From positions 171,673-235,672 of the IMG/VR virus record IMGVR_UViG_3300020473_001965: 64,000 nucleotides of DNA; one strand, written 5' to 3'. This document shows positions 17,630-28,592 of the stretch, in pieces. The notes beneath the pieces are model-generated. The model searched no databases. It was not told where the DNA came from and was given only the letters and a program-made list of their open reading frames with translations. Made by a program: the position numbers and the translations under genes. Every line of letters starts with the position of its first letter. The first letter of the stretch is position 1.

Positions 17630-20600
17630 CTAAATTTCTGCACCAGCATTTGTGATGACGAAGTCTAGTGATATGAATTCTGCAACTCTTGTGGGTTGCA
17701 AGAATATCTTACCTCTTAAGGTGTTGTTTTCTACATCTGCCTGCGTTGTTGTAGATGTGTCAATTACTACCTTGAATTTATCCAGTCCCTGCTGTTCTTG
17801 GATTCTAGTAAGAATTGGTTGTACAGCGCCTGAGAATTTTGCGAGCGTTGACTCTCTGTTTGGTTCGAACAGAATTCTGTTAGCTACTGCCTTGACTTGT
17901 CTTCTGATTTCAATCAACAGTCTTCTCACGTTGACTCGATCAAGCGAGCTCTGTCTAGCGAGAAGCGTCTTTTGACCCCAAACGACCATGCCTTGTGAGC
18001 CTGGGAAGCTTGTTAGTGGGTTTACATCTGAATCATAAATTGTATCAAGGTTTGCACGACTTAATTTCACTGCGCCTTTTCTTCCCTCAGATGAAGGATC
18101 TAGAGCGCCGCGGCTGAAGCCAGCTGGAGCGAACCATGGGTGAGCAACTCTATCATTTTGAGAGAATGCACCCAGGACAACAACAGAAGGCGGTACTTGC
18201 AGGTTTGATCCTACGAATGGATCTCTTACTACCACATCGGGGAAGTAAGCTGCAGCAAATGACGTGTCCAAACCTCTGTCTTTGAAAGCTGTGATAGTGT
18301 TGTTGACACCCACATCTTGAACAGAGCCTGTTACAACCTTATTGTCGACGTCGCGCTCTTCGATGTCCATGATGTACATTGCATCAAATCTTGTTTCAAC
18401 AGCTGTTATTGCCTTGTCTGTGATTTGCTCGTGCCTGATACCTGGTATTGCCAGAAGCTTAATGTCGACATCTGCCTTCGTAGAAATAATATCGAGTGCC
18501 TTAGCGTAAGCCGAAACGGTTGGTCCATCTGACTCACCCTGAGCTGCCTCGTCCATTTCTCTCTTAACAGCATTGTTAAGTAGTTTTGACTTGTCTTCAT
18601 CGAAAATGTTGACACCGTCATATCCACCTTGAATAAAGAAGGTGAACTTGGCATATTTTCTAACACCCGGATCACTTAAGTCTGTTGCTATATTTAAGCC
18701 GCGTGTCTTGTTAGAAGCATTTGTAGCGATACCACCAAATCGGTGATATGATGCACTGTGCCACTGCTTAGCGTCGGGGGTCCCTGATGTTCCTGTTCTT
18801 ACCAAGATGTTCTCAAGTGTGAAAAGCCCACCTTGGAAATTGTCGGCGTCAAGGACTCCAAATTGTGTAGAGTTAGCTGTCCCTGCATTGTCTCCTGCCC
18901 ATGCTGGTTGATATGTTTCTTGCCAACCCGGGAAATATGTGGTATATGACTTCAGAGAGTTATTAAACTTCACGCCTCTGTTGAGCTCAAGATGATCGTC
19001 TTGCTGCTCAAACTGAATGCCCCAATAGTACGTTGGATCTGACTGCTCTTTTGGAGGTCTGTTTACCTTAATGTTCTTTCTGTAAGGAACGGGCAGTGTT
19101 TGAGCTCTCTTTAAGACTGATGCATCGTTCATTCTTCCGACGTGATTCGGTGGAGTTGTTAAGCATTCTGTTCCAGATGTTACTAGGTGGAAGTGACCTC
19201 TAAACCCTACTGGGAGTGAAGTGTCTTCAATCTTTCCGTCCGTCACGTCATCATTTAATGAAACTCTAATGTAGCTCGATCTATTGGGGTGTTCACCGTA
19301 GTTGACAAGCTTTTGAGCACCCAATTTCTTATCAAAATCGAACTTCGTATATTTGTCACCGACAACTCTTGGCAAGAACCTGTCAGAAAGGGGGTTTAAA
19401 GATAGGCCTCTAAACTGCTCCAAGACGACACGGTTTGTATCAGTATCATAGAAGTCTCTAACAAGCAGATCAAAAGTTCCGTATTTATCGATATCTGATT
19501 TTGAATTCTGGATATTTTCAATTGAGATCTTAAAGAGATGGTTGGCATATTTACCGTCGTCTCTAGAGAAGATCTTGAATAGATTAACAGGCTTGCCACC
19601 AAACTTCTGAGAAATTACCCATGGAGAACGTGGTTCTCTGTACCTTGTCTCGAACCCTTCGTAGTTAGGTGCCTTGTTAGAAGCGTTTGTGTTTCTTGCT
19701 AACGCTCCTGTAAGTAAGAATGCTACATCTTGATAAATTGGTGCACCTGCGCCGGCTCCGGAGCCGTTTACTTCAGTAGCACCTTGTTGAAGAACTCCTG
19801 ACCCTGTCACCTTAGCTAGCGCAGGGTGAATGTCATAGTGAGCGTACAGATAGTGACCTGCTTCTTCTATTTTTGTAGGATCTGTGTTAAAGACACTAGA
19901 AATGTAGTTTCCTGCGTCAGGATCAAAGGATGATGTAATGACATTTGGATATTGGCCTGTTCCTTTGTGTCCATTGAGAAGCATTACGAATTCTTGCTTT
20001 CCGTTTCTGATGTTAACAGAACCTGTCATGAAACCGAATGCTGGTGATACAGAACCTGCAGTTGTTGACTGAGGCGTTTGCTTACTTGCGCCGGCTGCGG
20101 TGATTCCACCAGATAGTGATAGAACAACGCCAGAAGGTGCTAGAACAACTCCTCGAATGATTGGTGTTGAACCACCAGTTCCTCCGTCAAAGGACGTGGC
20201 TGAACCCTGAGACCCTGTAATTGATACTCTGGGAGCGCCTCCCGTCATTAAATCATGTCCTGAAAGTGCTACGTTTCCAATTGGTCCGCCGATAGACTGT
20301 GTAATGTGCACCACAGCTGATCCGGCTACGTAATTTACCTCGCAGCGAAGCTTATTACCCGAGGCTGAACCTGTTGAAGTAGCACCTACACCGAAATTGA
20401 TCGCGTGGTGAAGGGAACCGAAGATCGATCTTGCAAGTTTTGCAGCAGTGTTGACTCCGCTGTAGCCGATCGCTCTAGAGGTTGACTGTTCCTGCGTCTT
20501 TGCTGCGTTGATCGATGCAGAGTAAACATTGCCCATACCGTCTCTAAAGCTAAATCCTGAGTCGCCTACTAGGGTTGCATATCCATCAACGGTCAGACGG

Positions 20601-21097
20601 ACCTTTGCACCCACTTCGTCAAGCTGGACGCCGGCGTCGCTTAAAGCTGTACTTCTGTTAGACTCTGACATGAAGCAACCCAGGAAGTAAGTCCTTCCTA
20701 AGGGAGAGGAGTTACCCTTTGTTGCGTATGGGTTGTCGCCTAATTTTCCTGTTGGTTGAACTAGACGTTGACCAACAACAAATCCTGCGTTAGTTACCTT
20801 TCCATCAGATGCCTTCTTTTTACCGTCACCCGTTCCTAAGACTCTCACGTATGTTGCTGATTGTGCATTTTTTAGCCATTCAACAACTGCGATTGGACCG
20901 AATTTTTCTGCGTCGGTTTCACCAAATTCTGCAACGAAGTCCTTGATTGTTCCGACTGTAACAGGAACAAAGGCTGGTCCTCGATTCGCAGTTCCGATAA
21001 CACCAGCTGGAACACCAGAAGGCGTGACTCCTGACGGCCCTGATAAATCTATTTCTCTTGTGCTTACGCCTGCGCTTTTAAAAGTTAATTCTGGCAT
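17630..21097 (-). CDS. gp18: tail sheath protein 2 (with large insertions)
   Basis: N-terminal SAGVSTREID...GPAFVP; C-terminal PWFAPAGFSRG, VVWGQKTL, SLDRVNVRRLL, EFISLDF. Confidence 0.93.
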   Translation of the reverse strand: MPELTFKSAGVSTREIDLSGPSGVTPSGVPAGVIGTANRGPAFVPVTVGTIKDFVAEFGETDAEKFGPIAVVEWLKNAQSATYVRVLGTGDGKKKASDGKVTNAGFVVGQRLVQPTGKLGDNPYATKGNSSPLGRTYFLGCFMSESNRSTALSDAGVQLDEVGAKVRLTVDGYATLVGDSGFSFRDGMGNVYSASINAAKTQEQSTSRAIGYSGVNTAAKLARSIFGSLHHAINFGVGATSTGSASGNKLRCEVNYVAGSAVVHITQSIGGPIGNVALSGHDLMTGGAPRVSITGSQGSATSFDGGTGGSTPIIRGVVLAPSGVVLSLSGGITAAGASKQTPQSTTAGSVSPAFGFMTGSVNIRNGKQEFVMLLNGHKGTGQYPNVITSSFDPDAGNYISSVFNTDPTKIEEAGHYLYAHYDIHPALAKVTGSGVLQQGATEVNGSGAGAGAPIYQDVAFLLTGALARNTNASNKAPNYEGFETRYREPRSPWVISQKFGGKPVNLFKIFSRDDGKYANHLFKISIENIQNSKSDIDKYGTFDLLVRDFYDTDTNRVVLEQFRGLSLNPLSDRFLPRVVGDKYTKFDFDKKLGAQKLVNYGEHPNRSSYIRVSLNDDVTDGKIEDTSLPVGFRGHFHLVTSGTECLTTPPNHVGRMNDASVLKRAQTLPVPYRKNIKVNRPPKEQSDPTYYWGIQFEQQDDHLELNRGVKFNNSLKSYTTYFPGWQETYQPAWAGDNAGTANSTQFGVLDADNFQGGLFTLENILVRTGTSGTPDAKQWHSASYHRFGGIATNASNKTRGLNIATDLSDPGVRKYAKFTFFIQGGYDGVNIFDEDKSKLLNNAVKREMDEAAQGESDGPTVSAYAKALDIISTKADVDIKLLAIPGIRHEQITDKAITAVETRFDAMYIMDIEERDVDNKVVTGSVQDVGVNNTITAFKDRGLDTSFAAAYFPDVVVRDPFVGSNLQVPPSVVVLGAFSQNDRVAHPWFAPAGFSRGALDPSSEGRKGAVKLSRANLDTIYDSDVNPLTSFPGSQGMVVWGQKTLLARQSSLDRVNVRRLLIEIRRQVKAVANRILFEPNRESTLAKFSGAVQPILTRIQEQQGLDKFKVVIDTSTTTQADVENNTLRGKIFLQPTRVAEFISLDFVITNAGAEI

Positions 21098-21139
21098 TCC
21101 CCAGTTCTCCTATAGAGTGTTTCAATTCATAACTATTCA

Positions 21140-24100
21140 TTACACGAAACTTGCGCCAGTTGTATCGACAATAAAGTCAACTGAGATGAACTCTACTGTT
21201 CTTGTCGGAACAACGACGATCCTTCCGTTTAATCTATTTGCTGCAACATCCTCTTCGGTGTTGTTTGAGCTGTCCATTGTGACAGAGAATTTTTCAATTC
21301 CTGCTTGTGCCTGTACGAGAGCTAAGAGAGGTACAACCTGTCCTACGAACCTAGATCTTGTATCTGGCGTATTCTGTTCAAACACGAACCTTGTCGCGAT
21401 GTTAGAAACAATTCTCTTGACTTCAAGCATTAATCTTCTAACATTGACGCGATCAAGTGCCGACTTAGAAGCCTGCAGCGTCTTTTGACCAAAGATTACG
21501 TAACCTTCTCTAGGGAAAGTTGCGATTGGATTAATCCTTGAATCGTAAAGTGTATCTCTGTCTCCAGCATTCAATCTTACATCGACTCTGTCTACCATGT
21601 CGAGTGCCGCTCTATTGAATCCCGCAGGTGCGAACCATGGGTATGATACTTTATCATTATACCCTAGTGCTGCAATGGCTGCGACAGATGGCGGAACCTT
21701 AGCTTTCCTTCTATTGTAAGGATCATCAATAAAGACATCGGGGAAGTATGTAGCTACGTAGTTGTTGTCAAGAGCTCTTCCAGCAAACTCTTCTGATGTC
21801 TTCTGAACGTCAGGTTTGGCAGTTGAGTCATCAAAGAGACGATTTCCGCTCTCATCGTACTCGACTAAGTCCATGAGATACATCAACATACTGTATTCCT
21901 TAGCTCTTTGAGCTGCGTAGTCTGTTACAAATGCGTCTCTAATACCTGGGACTGCGAGGATGTTAGTATTTACTGTCATCTCGTCTGTCATTATTTTAAC
22001 GGCTGTTCTATAACTTGCGACTGCGTTGTTGTCCTTTCCTGAGCCTGCTACGTTTACGGCGGCTGCGGAAGCATTTACAAGCCCTGGCGACCTGAATGAC
22101 GTGTTTGCACCTCCATTTGTATCTGTTGATGCGGATCTGTCATTTAACTTAGCAGCATTTACGTCAAGAATGTTGACGCCATCGAATCCACCGTAGAAGA
22201 ATGTTGTAAACTTAGAGAATCCTGTAAATCTGTTGAAGTATACAGATGATGTTAAGTTAACAAGTGTTCCCAGTGTAACTCTATGCTTTCCTGCCGAATC
22301 TTTAATCAAGTAATTGGAAGGGTCTGGCGTCTCATTTCTGAGATAGGCTGCAGCCTTCATGTGCTCTCCAGCTGAAGCTGTAAAGTTACTTACGAGTACT
22401 GTTGTGACTTTTTGAGATGCGCCTACAAAGTTACCAAAAGCTACCTTTGAAAGTGAGAACTTATTGTTACAGAAAGCGTCAGCAGCTGAACCCGTTACAA
22501 GGTTACCCATCTTTGCCAAGCCCATGAACTTACCATAGTTCTCGATTATCTGATTTTGTTGTGATCCATTGTTCGGCTTGAATGATGCGTTTGCAATAGA
22601 ACCTGTCTCTGGAACTCTTTCAAACTGAACACCCCAGTAGAATCTTGAATCAGGCACCTCGTTCTTTCCTGGTTTACCTGGAACACCATCATCATTCGTG
22701 TTTTCATATTGGCCTTTTGTGACCTTAAACCTGAATGGGATTGGTGGAACGATTGAACCAGAGAGGTTTCTTGCTGCCTTTGCTCCGTCGGATGAGCCGG
22801 AGGCTAACCAAGCGCCAAGTCTCAAGGGTGGGTGCTGGCCGTGGCCGCTCAAAAGTGCAGCAGGTACAGTTCTATCAGTCAGCTGATTGTTTGTATTGAT
22901 AACAGGGACACCTCTGAATCCGAAGGGAAGTGCTGTTCCTGGAACCTCTCCCGCTTCTAAGACGTCAGAAATGACAACCCTTACAAGCTGAGACTTGTTG
23001 GGGTATTTTCCTTCGACAATGATTCGACGTTCTTCTTCGTCCTCGGCGTCATGATTATAATATGCCTTCATGTCTCCAATTACGGCCGCAACGTACCTTT
23101 CATCTTTTGGATTTAATGAGCAGTTAGCAAAAGACTCAATTACCTCAGGGTTGCCATCGGTGTCGTCAAAGCTTCTAATTTCTACATTGAATGTTCCATA
23201 CGGGCTGGCCTGGTTGTCAGATTTTCTAAGATTTCTAATCGACACCTTAAATTTATTGTTGCCCCATGCTCCATCTGAAAGTGTCTCGAAGTGAAACAGA
23301 TCATACTCAGATTTACCGAAAGGTTGAGATATGATTGATGGCGTCCTTGGTGTCGTGTATCTTGTATCGAACCTTCCGTACATTTGTCTAAATGCTAGAC
23401 CAGATGGGTTCTTAGTTGATGCTGATCCTGAAAGTAGTCCTACTGAGCCTCCGTCGCCGGTGTGGCCTGCAACCTTTGCAATTTCTGGGTCTACAGGGAA
23501 GTGGGCATATAACAAGTGCTGCTCAGAGATGAACTTCGCTGGGTTCGTGTTGAGAACTTTCGCAATATAATTCTGATCAGACGGGTTTAGAGAGCAGGAC
23601 AGAATCTTAAGACCGGGTCGCTTATCAGTTACGGCAAATGCAGATCCTGCAGATGATGAAATAGCTAGCTTGAAAAGACCCTTGAGATCTCCTGATGCTA
23701 TTATCTTGTTAGAGTCTGTTATTGATCCTGCAGCAAACTTTGATTTTGCCGGGACTGAACCTGTCGGCGAAAGGATCATCATTCTCGTTCCTGACGGTAC
23801 GAAAACTATTCCTCGAATTAAGTTTACTATTTCTTCGCCGGAGTAATCACCTGTGTCGAAAGAATCATTGTCAGTGAACATTGGCAAGGTGACAGATTCA
23901 CTAGCAGAGAGGTAATGTCTAGCAGCAATGAACTGTACAGCACCTTGATGTCTTGCGTCAGTGCCTGGCTGTGCCATCGAATAAAGGGTAAAGCCTGCAT
24001 TTTTAACAGTACCTTTTGCCTTTGTTGTTGTCATGTCATCTAGAGAATCATTAGCTCCAGCACCCAACACTCTCATATATGTTAAAGATGTCTTGTGCTT

Positions 24101-24322
24101 TAAAAATTCTCTTACTGCATACGGTCCAAATTTTTCTGGATCTAATCCGCCAAATTTAGTTCTAAAGTCTTCAAAGGCACCGAGAGTTACAGGAACGAAC
24201 GCAGGACCTTTTTCTGCTGTGCCTACGACGCCCGCAGGAGTTCCTACGGGACCTTGCACGACAGGGGCAACGTCTATTTCTCTTTCAAAAAAACCCGGTG
24301 AACGAAAAGTTTGCTCAGCCAT
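21140..24322 (-). CDS. gp18: tail sheath protein 1 (with large insertions)
   Basis: SPGFFEREID...KGPAFVP; PWFAPAGFNRA, IFGQKTL, ALDRVNVRRL, EFISVDF. Confidence 0.93.
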   Translation of the reverse strand: MAEQTFRSPGFFEREIDVAPVVQGPVGTPAGVVGTAEKGPAFVPVTLGAFEDFRTKFGGLDPEKFGPYAVREFLKHKTSLTYMRVLGAGANDSLDDMTTTKAKGTVKNAGFTLYSMAQPGTDARHQGAVQFIAARHYLSASESVTLPMFTDNDSFDTGDYSGEEIVNLIRGIVFVPSGTRMMILSPTGSVPAKSKFAAGSITDSNKIIASGDLKGLFKLAISSSAGSAFAVTDKRPGLKILSCSLNPSDQNYIAKVLNTNPAKFISEQHLLYAHFPVDPEIAKVAGHTGDGGSVGLLSGSASTKNPSGLAFRQMYGRFDTRYTTPRTPSIISQPFGKSEYDLFHFETLSDGAWGNNKFKVSIRNLRKSDNQASPYGTFNVEIRSFDDTDGNPEVIESFANCSLNPKDERYVAAVIGDMKAYYNHDAEDEEERRIIVEGKYPNKSQLVRVVISDVLEAGEVPGTALPFGFRGVPVINTNNQLTDRTVPAALLSGHGQHPPLRLGAWLASGSSDGAKAARNLSGSIVPPIPFRFKVTKGQYENTNDDGVPGKPGKNEVPDSRFYWGVQFERVPETGSIANASFKPNNGSQQNQIIENYGKFMGLAKMGNLVTGSAADAFCNNKFSLSKVAFGNFVGASQKVTTVLVSNFTASAGEHMKAAAYLRNETPDPSNYLIKDSAGKHRVTLGTLVNLTSSVYFNRFTGFSKFTTFFYGGFDGVNILDVNAAKLNDRSASTDTNGGANTSFRSPGLVNASAAAVNVAGSGKDNNAVASYRTAVKIMTDEMTVNTNILAVPGIRDAFVTDYAAQRAKEYSMLMYLMDLVEYDESGNRLFDDSTAKPDVQKTSEEFAGRALDNNYVATYFPDVFIDDPYNRRKAKVPPSVAAIAALGYNDKVSYPWFAPAGFNRAALDMVDRVDVRLNAGDRDTLYDSRINPIATFPREGYVIFGQKTLQASKSALDRVNVRRLMLEVKRIVSNIATRFVFEQNTPDTRSRFVGQVVPLLALVQAQAGIEKFSVTMDSSNNTEEDVAANRLNGRIVVVPTRTVEFISVDFIVDTTGASFV

Positions 24323-24437
24323 TAGTGTTTACTCCTCGAGTAGTTACATTATAAATATTAACGAACAGGTCAAAATACCACTGCCTGTGATTGTTTGTGA
24401 AAACTACCTGCTCAAGTGTGTTTAAAAATCTTTCCAT

Positions 24438-25769
24438 CTATCCCTCACCCCCCTTTGAGTCAGGCACAAGAGATGAACTCTTGGATGAGAGAGTACCGCC
24501 TGGTGTCGGGCCGTTTGCCGAAGCTGCATTTGAAGATCCTCCACCGCTTATATCTAGTGACCCTAAATCACTAACTATCGTAGCACTTACAGTAGATTCC
24601 CCAGATTGTGCATCGCTTGACAGCACCCTCAAGAATCTTTGAGAATTAAATGGATCTTGTATATATTCAGGACGGCCTCTCCAGTGGAGGTCATCGCCAT
24701 GGCGGTCGAGCAGCGCTGTATCTTCGAGCGTAAATGCATCGATATCAGATGCGCCTACTGGGTTCTGTGTCTTCGTCCCAGCTGCAACAGAAACCGATGA
24801 CTGTGCTAGAGTAAAAGCAATGTTTGGTGCTGATATAAATCTTCTAAAAGGCGACACGGCACCTTCAGGTTGGTTTGCGACTAAGTACGCGTCTACGCTT
24901 AAGGTGAACGTGTACCTTACAATTCTTTCCTGATCTGTAAAGTCGTCAAAATTTGTCCCGTCATTTAATTCATCATCAACATAGGCTACAAACCAATATC
25001 CTTTGTCAGTTGTGATCTTGAAGTTATTGCCGGGAGCTTGATAAGCAAGTATTGTTTGCTCAAGAAGCGAATTCATATGCGTTGTGTATTGTGTCCAAAA
25101 CGTTACTTCGTAAGTCATTCCGTAAAATTTTGGAAAAGGAACAGTGATTATCTCGTATATGTTAGATCCCAACTTGCTGTCTAGTGATATCGAAGTAGGG
25201 CCCTTCTGATAATCTCTGCTTGCAAGCCTTCCTGGTTCTGAATTTTGCTTAGGATCTTTCAAATCAGTTATCGCATCATCTGAAACTACGCCGTCTTGAT
25301 TGTTTAAGTTCATCTTATTGACAATTCTTTGATATCTTCTGTCAGATGAGTCGAGCCTCTTTTTAAGTACTAAGTCTCCCGTATCTTGGCCTCTTCCTGT
25401 GCGGGATTTTGACTGTGTCATTCCTGATCTTCTTATTGAAATCAAAGGGAGGATTAACGCACCCTGGTCATCGCGAATCGGCTTGAGTCGTTTGACTAGT
25501 GCGAATCTCTCACCTGTTGCAAAAATAACAGGCACAGATTTTTGAGCGCCTCGATGCGTTACAGTTAATTTCAAGTCTTTGTCAAAAAGCGTGAACACAG
25601 CTTTGTCAACATCTTCGATTGTGCATGCTGGAATGTGGAAATCATCAGGTATGTTATTTCCTTCATAGCCTGTCGGAATACGCTTTGATCCATCAATGAA
25701 CTCTCTTGTTTCGTACCTGTTTGTTGATGAAGCAGGTTCTGATAACTTTGATGTGTCTTTTGGTGCCAT
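24438..25769 (-). CDS. tail terminator / gp15-like head-tail joining protein
   Basis: VPVIFATGERF, LPLISIRR, YEVTFWTQ..HMNSLLEQ; position after neck genes and before sheaths. Confidence 0.55.
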   Translation of the reverse strand: MAPKDTSKLSEPASSTNRYETREFIDGSKRIPTGYEGNNIPDDFHIPACTIEDVDKAVFTLFDKDLKLTVTHRGAQKSVPVIFATGERFALVKRLKPIRDDQGALILPLISIRRSGMTQSKSRTGRGQDTGDLVLKKRLDSSDRRYQRIVNKMNLNNQDGVVSDDAITDLKDPKQNSEPGRLASRDYQKGPTSISLDSKLGSNIYEIITVPFPKFYGMTYEVTFWTQYTTHMNSLLEQTILAYQAPGNNFKITTDKGYWFVAYVDDELNDGTNFDDFTDQERIVRYTFTLSVDAYLVANQPEGAVSPFRRFISAPNIAFTLAQSSVSVAAGTKTQNPVGASDIDAFTLEDTALLDRHGDDLHWRGRPEYIQDPFNSQRFLRVLSSDAQSGESTVSATIVSDLGSLDISGGGSSNAASANGPTPGGTLSSKSSSLVPDSKGGEG

Positions 25770-25780
25770 CTTATTACTTC

Positions 25781-26443
25781 CTACTCGTCATAGAAACTAG
25801 ACCCGGCATTTGAGTCTGTTCCCTTATGAGATACTTCTTGAGGTTCACTGATAGGTTGTTCTAAGATACCCTTGTCTTGAAGTGCTCTTACGTCTCCTGT
25901 CTCCCCGAGGCTATTCCTATCAAAGCCTCGCTGCTGTACGAACTTGTCCTGAATGGCATCCTTTTCTGCATTTCCTTCATCAGTTGGCCCCAAGACTTTT
26001 TCTTCTATTAAGCTCTTTCTAGCTTGTCTACCTACAAGCTTCAAACCTGTCTTATATTCAACTTGCCCGTAAACATTCTTATCCCAGATAGCTGAAGTTA
26101 CTTCGAAGAATATTTCTCCAAAACTAAAAAAGTCGCCCTCAGACACCTCGATCCCCTTGTCTAAAAGATCTCGATAGTGAAGGAATGCCTCGATGTTGTA
26201 CGTCTCTTCAGATCCAAACCTATTTGTTCTTATCTGTTCTGGTGTCCAGTTTACCAAGGCATCTATTTCAATAGGTTCTTCAAAAACTTTCTCTGGTGCT
26301 TCTTCGTAGACTTCATGGACCTTAGTCTTCATTATCGACACAGAGTAGTAATAGATCTTCTGACCTATGACATCTTTAGTTATTTCTTTTGTCAGGTCAG
26401 AGATTAAATCTATTTCTCGAGGTGTGATAAAAAGTCTAGACAT
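25781..26443 (-). CDS. gp14: neck/head-completion protein (gp14-like)
   Basis: GQKIYYY, VYEE, PIEIDALV, EGDFFSFG..FFEV; synteny with gp13-like gene. Confidence 0.65.
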   Translation of the reverse strand: MSRLFITPREIDLISDLTKEITKDVIGQKIYYYSVSIMKTKVHEVYEEAPEKVFEEPIEIDALVNWTPEQIRTNRFGSEETYNIEAFLHYRDLLDKGIEVSEGDFFSFGEIFFEVTSAIWDKNVYGQVEYKTGLKLVGRQARKSLIEEKVLGPTDEGNAEKDAIQDKFVQQRGFDRNSLGETGDVRALQDKGILEQPISEPQEVSHKGTDSNAGSSFYDE

Positions 26444-26447
26444 TACA

Positions 26448-27617
26448 TCATCCCATTATAATAGCTTTGCCATTAGGCATGGGGATCATACTCAATTGTT
26501 TTCTAACAGACTCGGCTCTAGCTGTATCTGTCTCAACAATTTTGTCATATGTCATTGAGTCAAGCATCTCTCGAAGTTGACTTATAAGCGCATCTTTTTC
26601 TGCTTTTCCGGCAGAAACCAAATCGCCTCCGTTCAACTGTAGATCACCGCCCGGGATTGGAACAGAACCAAATTTGGATCGAATTAGACCTAGCAGTTCT
26701 TTGCTCAGTGCAAGTGTATATTGGCGTATCCACTGCTTAGCCATGCTGTTTATCTTAGAATAAGACAGATTTCCAAACGGTATGTTGGACATGTTAGAGA
26801 CGCCATAGATTGTATCGTCTCTAAAGCTTGGTTTAAGTGGGTCAGGTGCAAAAGAAACTCTTAAAAACATCTTTTTTGGATTAGTCTGCGTGGGCTTTGG
26901 AAAGATTCGAATTTTTGTTCCAATAATCTGATAAGAGTAATTCGATCTTCTTACTTTTTGAGACACCTTCAGCTGTCCGGCTCGAAGGATATCTTCAAAG
27001 ACAGGCAACACATAAAAGATTGTTTCTGGCGTGAACGACTCAAAACTGAATTCATTATTTAAGTAGTTTATTGCAGACGTCGTGTCAAAAAATCTGTATG
27101 CCTGGGTTGGATTGTAGTGAAAAACTTCTCTTACACGCATCTTAGATCTGTGTGTATTATTACTACTTGTAAACAATACATTTCCATCAGCATCTTTAAG
27201 ATCTGAGTAGATGTCGTAGTCTTGTTGATCTTGAACTAGTTGAATCGAACCAGAGTGCATGTTATAAGAGCCTCCGATTCCGGCTTCCATTGCATAAGGT
27301 TCCGCAAACCGTCCCAAGAATTCTAAGTTTTCCTTAGGGTGTTTCTGTTCGGATCCGGACATACTACCGGTTGCCAACCCTAAGAAGTTATTTAACTGTG
27401 ATTTAGTCTGATATTGATTAACAAGATTGCTATATTCAAACATAGCTTCTTCAAAATTTGCCCATACTTGCTTTTTTGTCAGCTCGACAGAAAGAATGTC
27501 ATCCCCCAACTTACGCTTTATAAATGTAACCATTTTGTCAGCGTCAGACTGAAACTGGCTGTCGTCATCAAAAGCACCAAAAGGTGTAGGGCTTGTTGTG
27601 TTAGCAAATGTCGCCAT
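26448..27617 (-). CDS. gp13: neck protein (gp13-like)
   Basis: KRKLG..ILSVEL, W(IRQY)TLALSKELLGLIRSKF, PIPGGDLQLNG; ATG 27617 has AAGGAG SD (track start 27626 is TTG). Confidence 0.75.
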   Translation of the reverse strand: MATFANTTSPTPFGAFDDDSQFQSDADKMVTFIKRKLGDDILSVELTKKQVWANFEEAMFEYSNLVNQYQTKSQLNNFLGLATGSMSGSEQKHPKENLEFLGRFAEPYAMEAGIGGSYNMHSGSIQLVQDQQDYDIYSDLKDADGNVLFTSSNNTHRSKMRVREVFHYNPTQAYRFFDTTSAINYLNNEFSFESFTPETIFYVLPVFEDILRAGQLKVSQKVRRSNYSYQIIGTKIRIFPKPTQTNPKKMFLRVSFAPDPLKPSFRDDTIYGVSNMSNIPFGNLSYSKINSMAKQWIRQYTLALSKELLGLIRSKFGSVPIPGGDLQLNGGDLVSAGKAEKDALISQLREMLDSMTYDKIVETDTARAESVRKQLSMIPMPNGKAIIMG

Positions 27618-27764
27618 GTAAACCAACTCCTTGAAATCGCACTTATAAGTATAAGAAAAACAGCCTAATTTCTTTTTGAAGAAATGCTAACTTTTCAAAC
27701 AATTGCAATGTGATCTGTCTACAGTTTGTCACCAGGCAAAATAAAAAAAATCGATTTATTTCTA

Positions 27765-27962
27765 TCAAACAACATAAAAGTCATGTTCTGGTGACCAAAT
27801 TGCTCCTATCGGTGTCAAGACAAACCATTTTTTATCCACCATAAAACAATCTTCCAGCTTAACTGTTTTTTCATGTTTAACAATCAAAATACCGTAGCAG
27901 CTGTCAGCAGGACCGACAACAAAATGCACAAGGGCACCGACATGTGGATGCTTTCGGGACAC
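27765..27962 (-). CDS. small hypothetical protein
   Basis: 65 aa, GTG start 5 nt downstream of an ATACTTA motif. Confidence 0.45.
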   Translation of the reverse strand: MSRKHPHVGALVHFVVGPADSCYGILIVKHEKTVKLEDCFMVDKKWFVLTPIGAIWSPEHDFYVV

Positions 27963-27975
27963 ATAGTAAGTATCT

Positions 27976-28009
27976 AAAAAAAAGCCGCCGACTCAAAAGA
28001 GTCGGCGGC
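27976..28009 (-). terminator. intrinsic terminator after the decoration-like gene
   Basis: GCCGCCGACTC-AAAA-GAGTCGGCGGC (11 bp perfect stem) followed by 8 U on the minus strand. Confidence 0.9.
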
Positions 28010-28030
28010 AGTAAGAATTAATCGCTTCTA

Positions 28031-28501
28031 TTATGATGTAGCAAGTGTTGCTGTGTCATTAAGAAGTGCAGTTGTGTGATAGCTGGTTCCATCACAGAAG
28101 ATGCTAATACGATCTCCGATCTTTGGGTTAGCTAATGTGATCTTCTGCTGATTTGTGATTGGGGCAACAACAACTGTTGTTCCGTTGCTTGCATCAAACA
28201 TCAATCCTTCCAATGAGTTTGCGCCTCCGCTGATATCAACAACGTGAGCGTGTGCTGAAGCTGAGACGATGTCTACATAGAAACCGGCTTTGGCAGCAGC
28301 AATTGTAGGAAGTGTTACGGTTCTTGCACCGCCACTAAGGACGACGATAGCACCTGAATCAGATGCTCCAAGGGTCACATTTCCTCCAGAGCCGTCAACA
28401 ATTGCTCTTCGGTTATTTAGACCTGCACCGGTAGTAAGATCTACTCCGGTTCCGGACTCTTGATAGAGTCCTTTTTCATTTGTGTAATTTACTTTTGGCA
28501 T
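28031..28501 (-). CDS. putative capsid decoration / short fibre protein
   Basis: 156 aa, G/A/T/S-rich beta-type sequence (VTLPTIAAA...GDRISIFCDGT); strong SD; own terminator; lies next to MCP. Confidence 0.45.
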   Translation of the reverse strand: MPKVNYTNEKGLYQESGTGVDLTTGAGLNNRRAIVDGSGGNVTLGASDSGAIVVLSGGARTVTLPTIAAAKAGFYVDIVSASAHAHVVDISGGANSLEGLMFDASNGTTVVVAPITNQQKITLANPKIGDRISIFCDGTSYHTTALLNDTATLATS

Positions 28502-28592
28502 AATAATCTCTCCTTTATAAGGTAAATGCTCCCGATGCGCCGGTCCCCCGCGGGTGTCAGGTGATTATGTGAATCGGCCCACATGTAAGTAG
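28502..28592 (-). promoter_or_regulatory. candidate structured 5' leader with upstream promoter-like motif
   Basis: GC-rich island 28528-28580 in AT-rich intergenic DNA, closed by CCGAU/AUCGG; CTACTTA at 28592-28586. Confidence 0.4.

Noticed and set aside
3254-25769. Tailocin, eCIS or eukaryotic giant-virus interpretation
   Set aside because: T4-type capsid, portal, protease and terminase are in the same gene block, indicating a complete tailed phage
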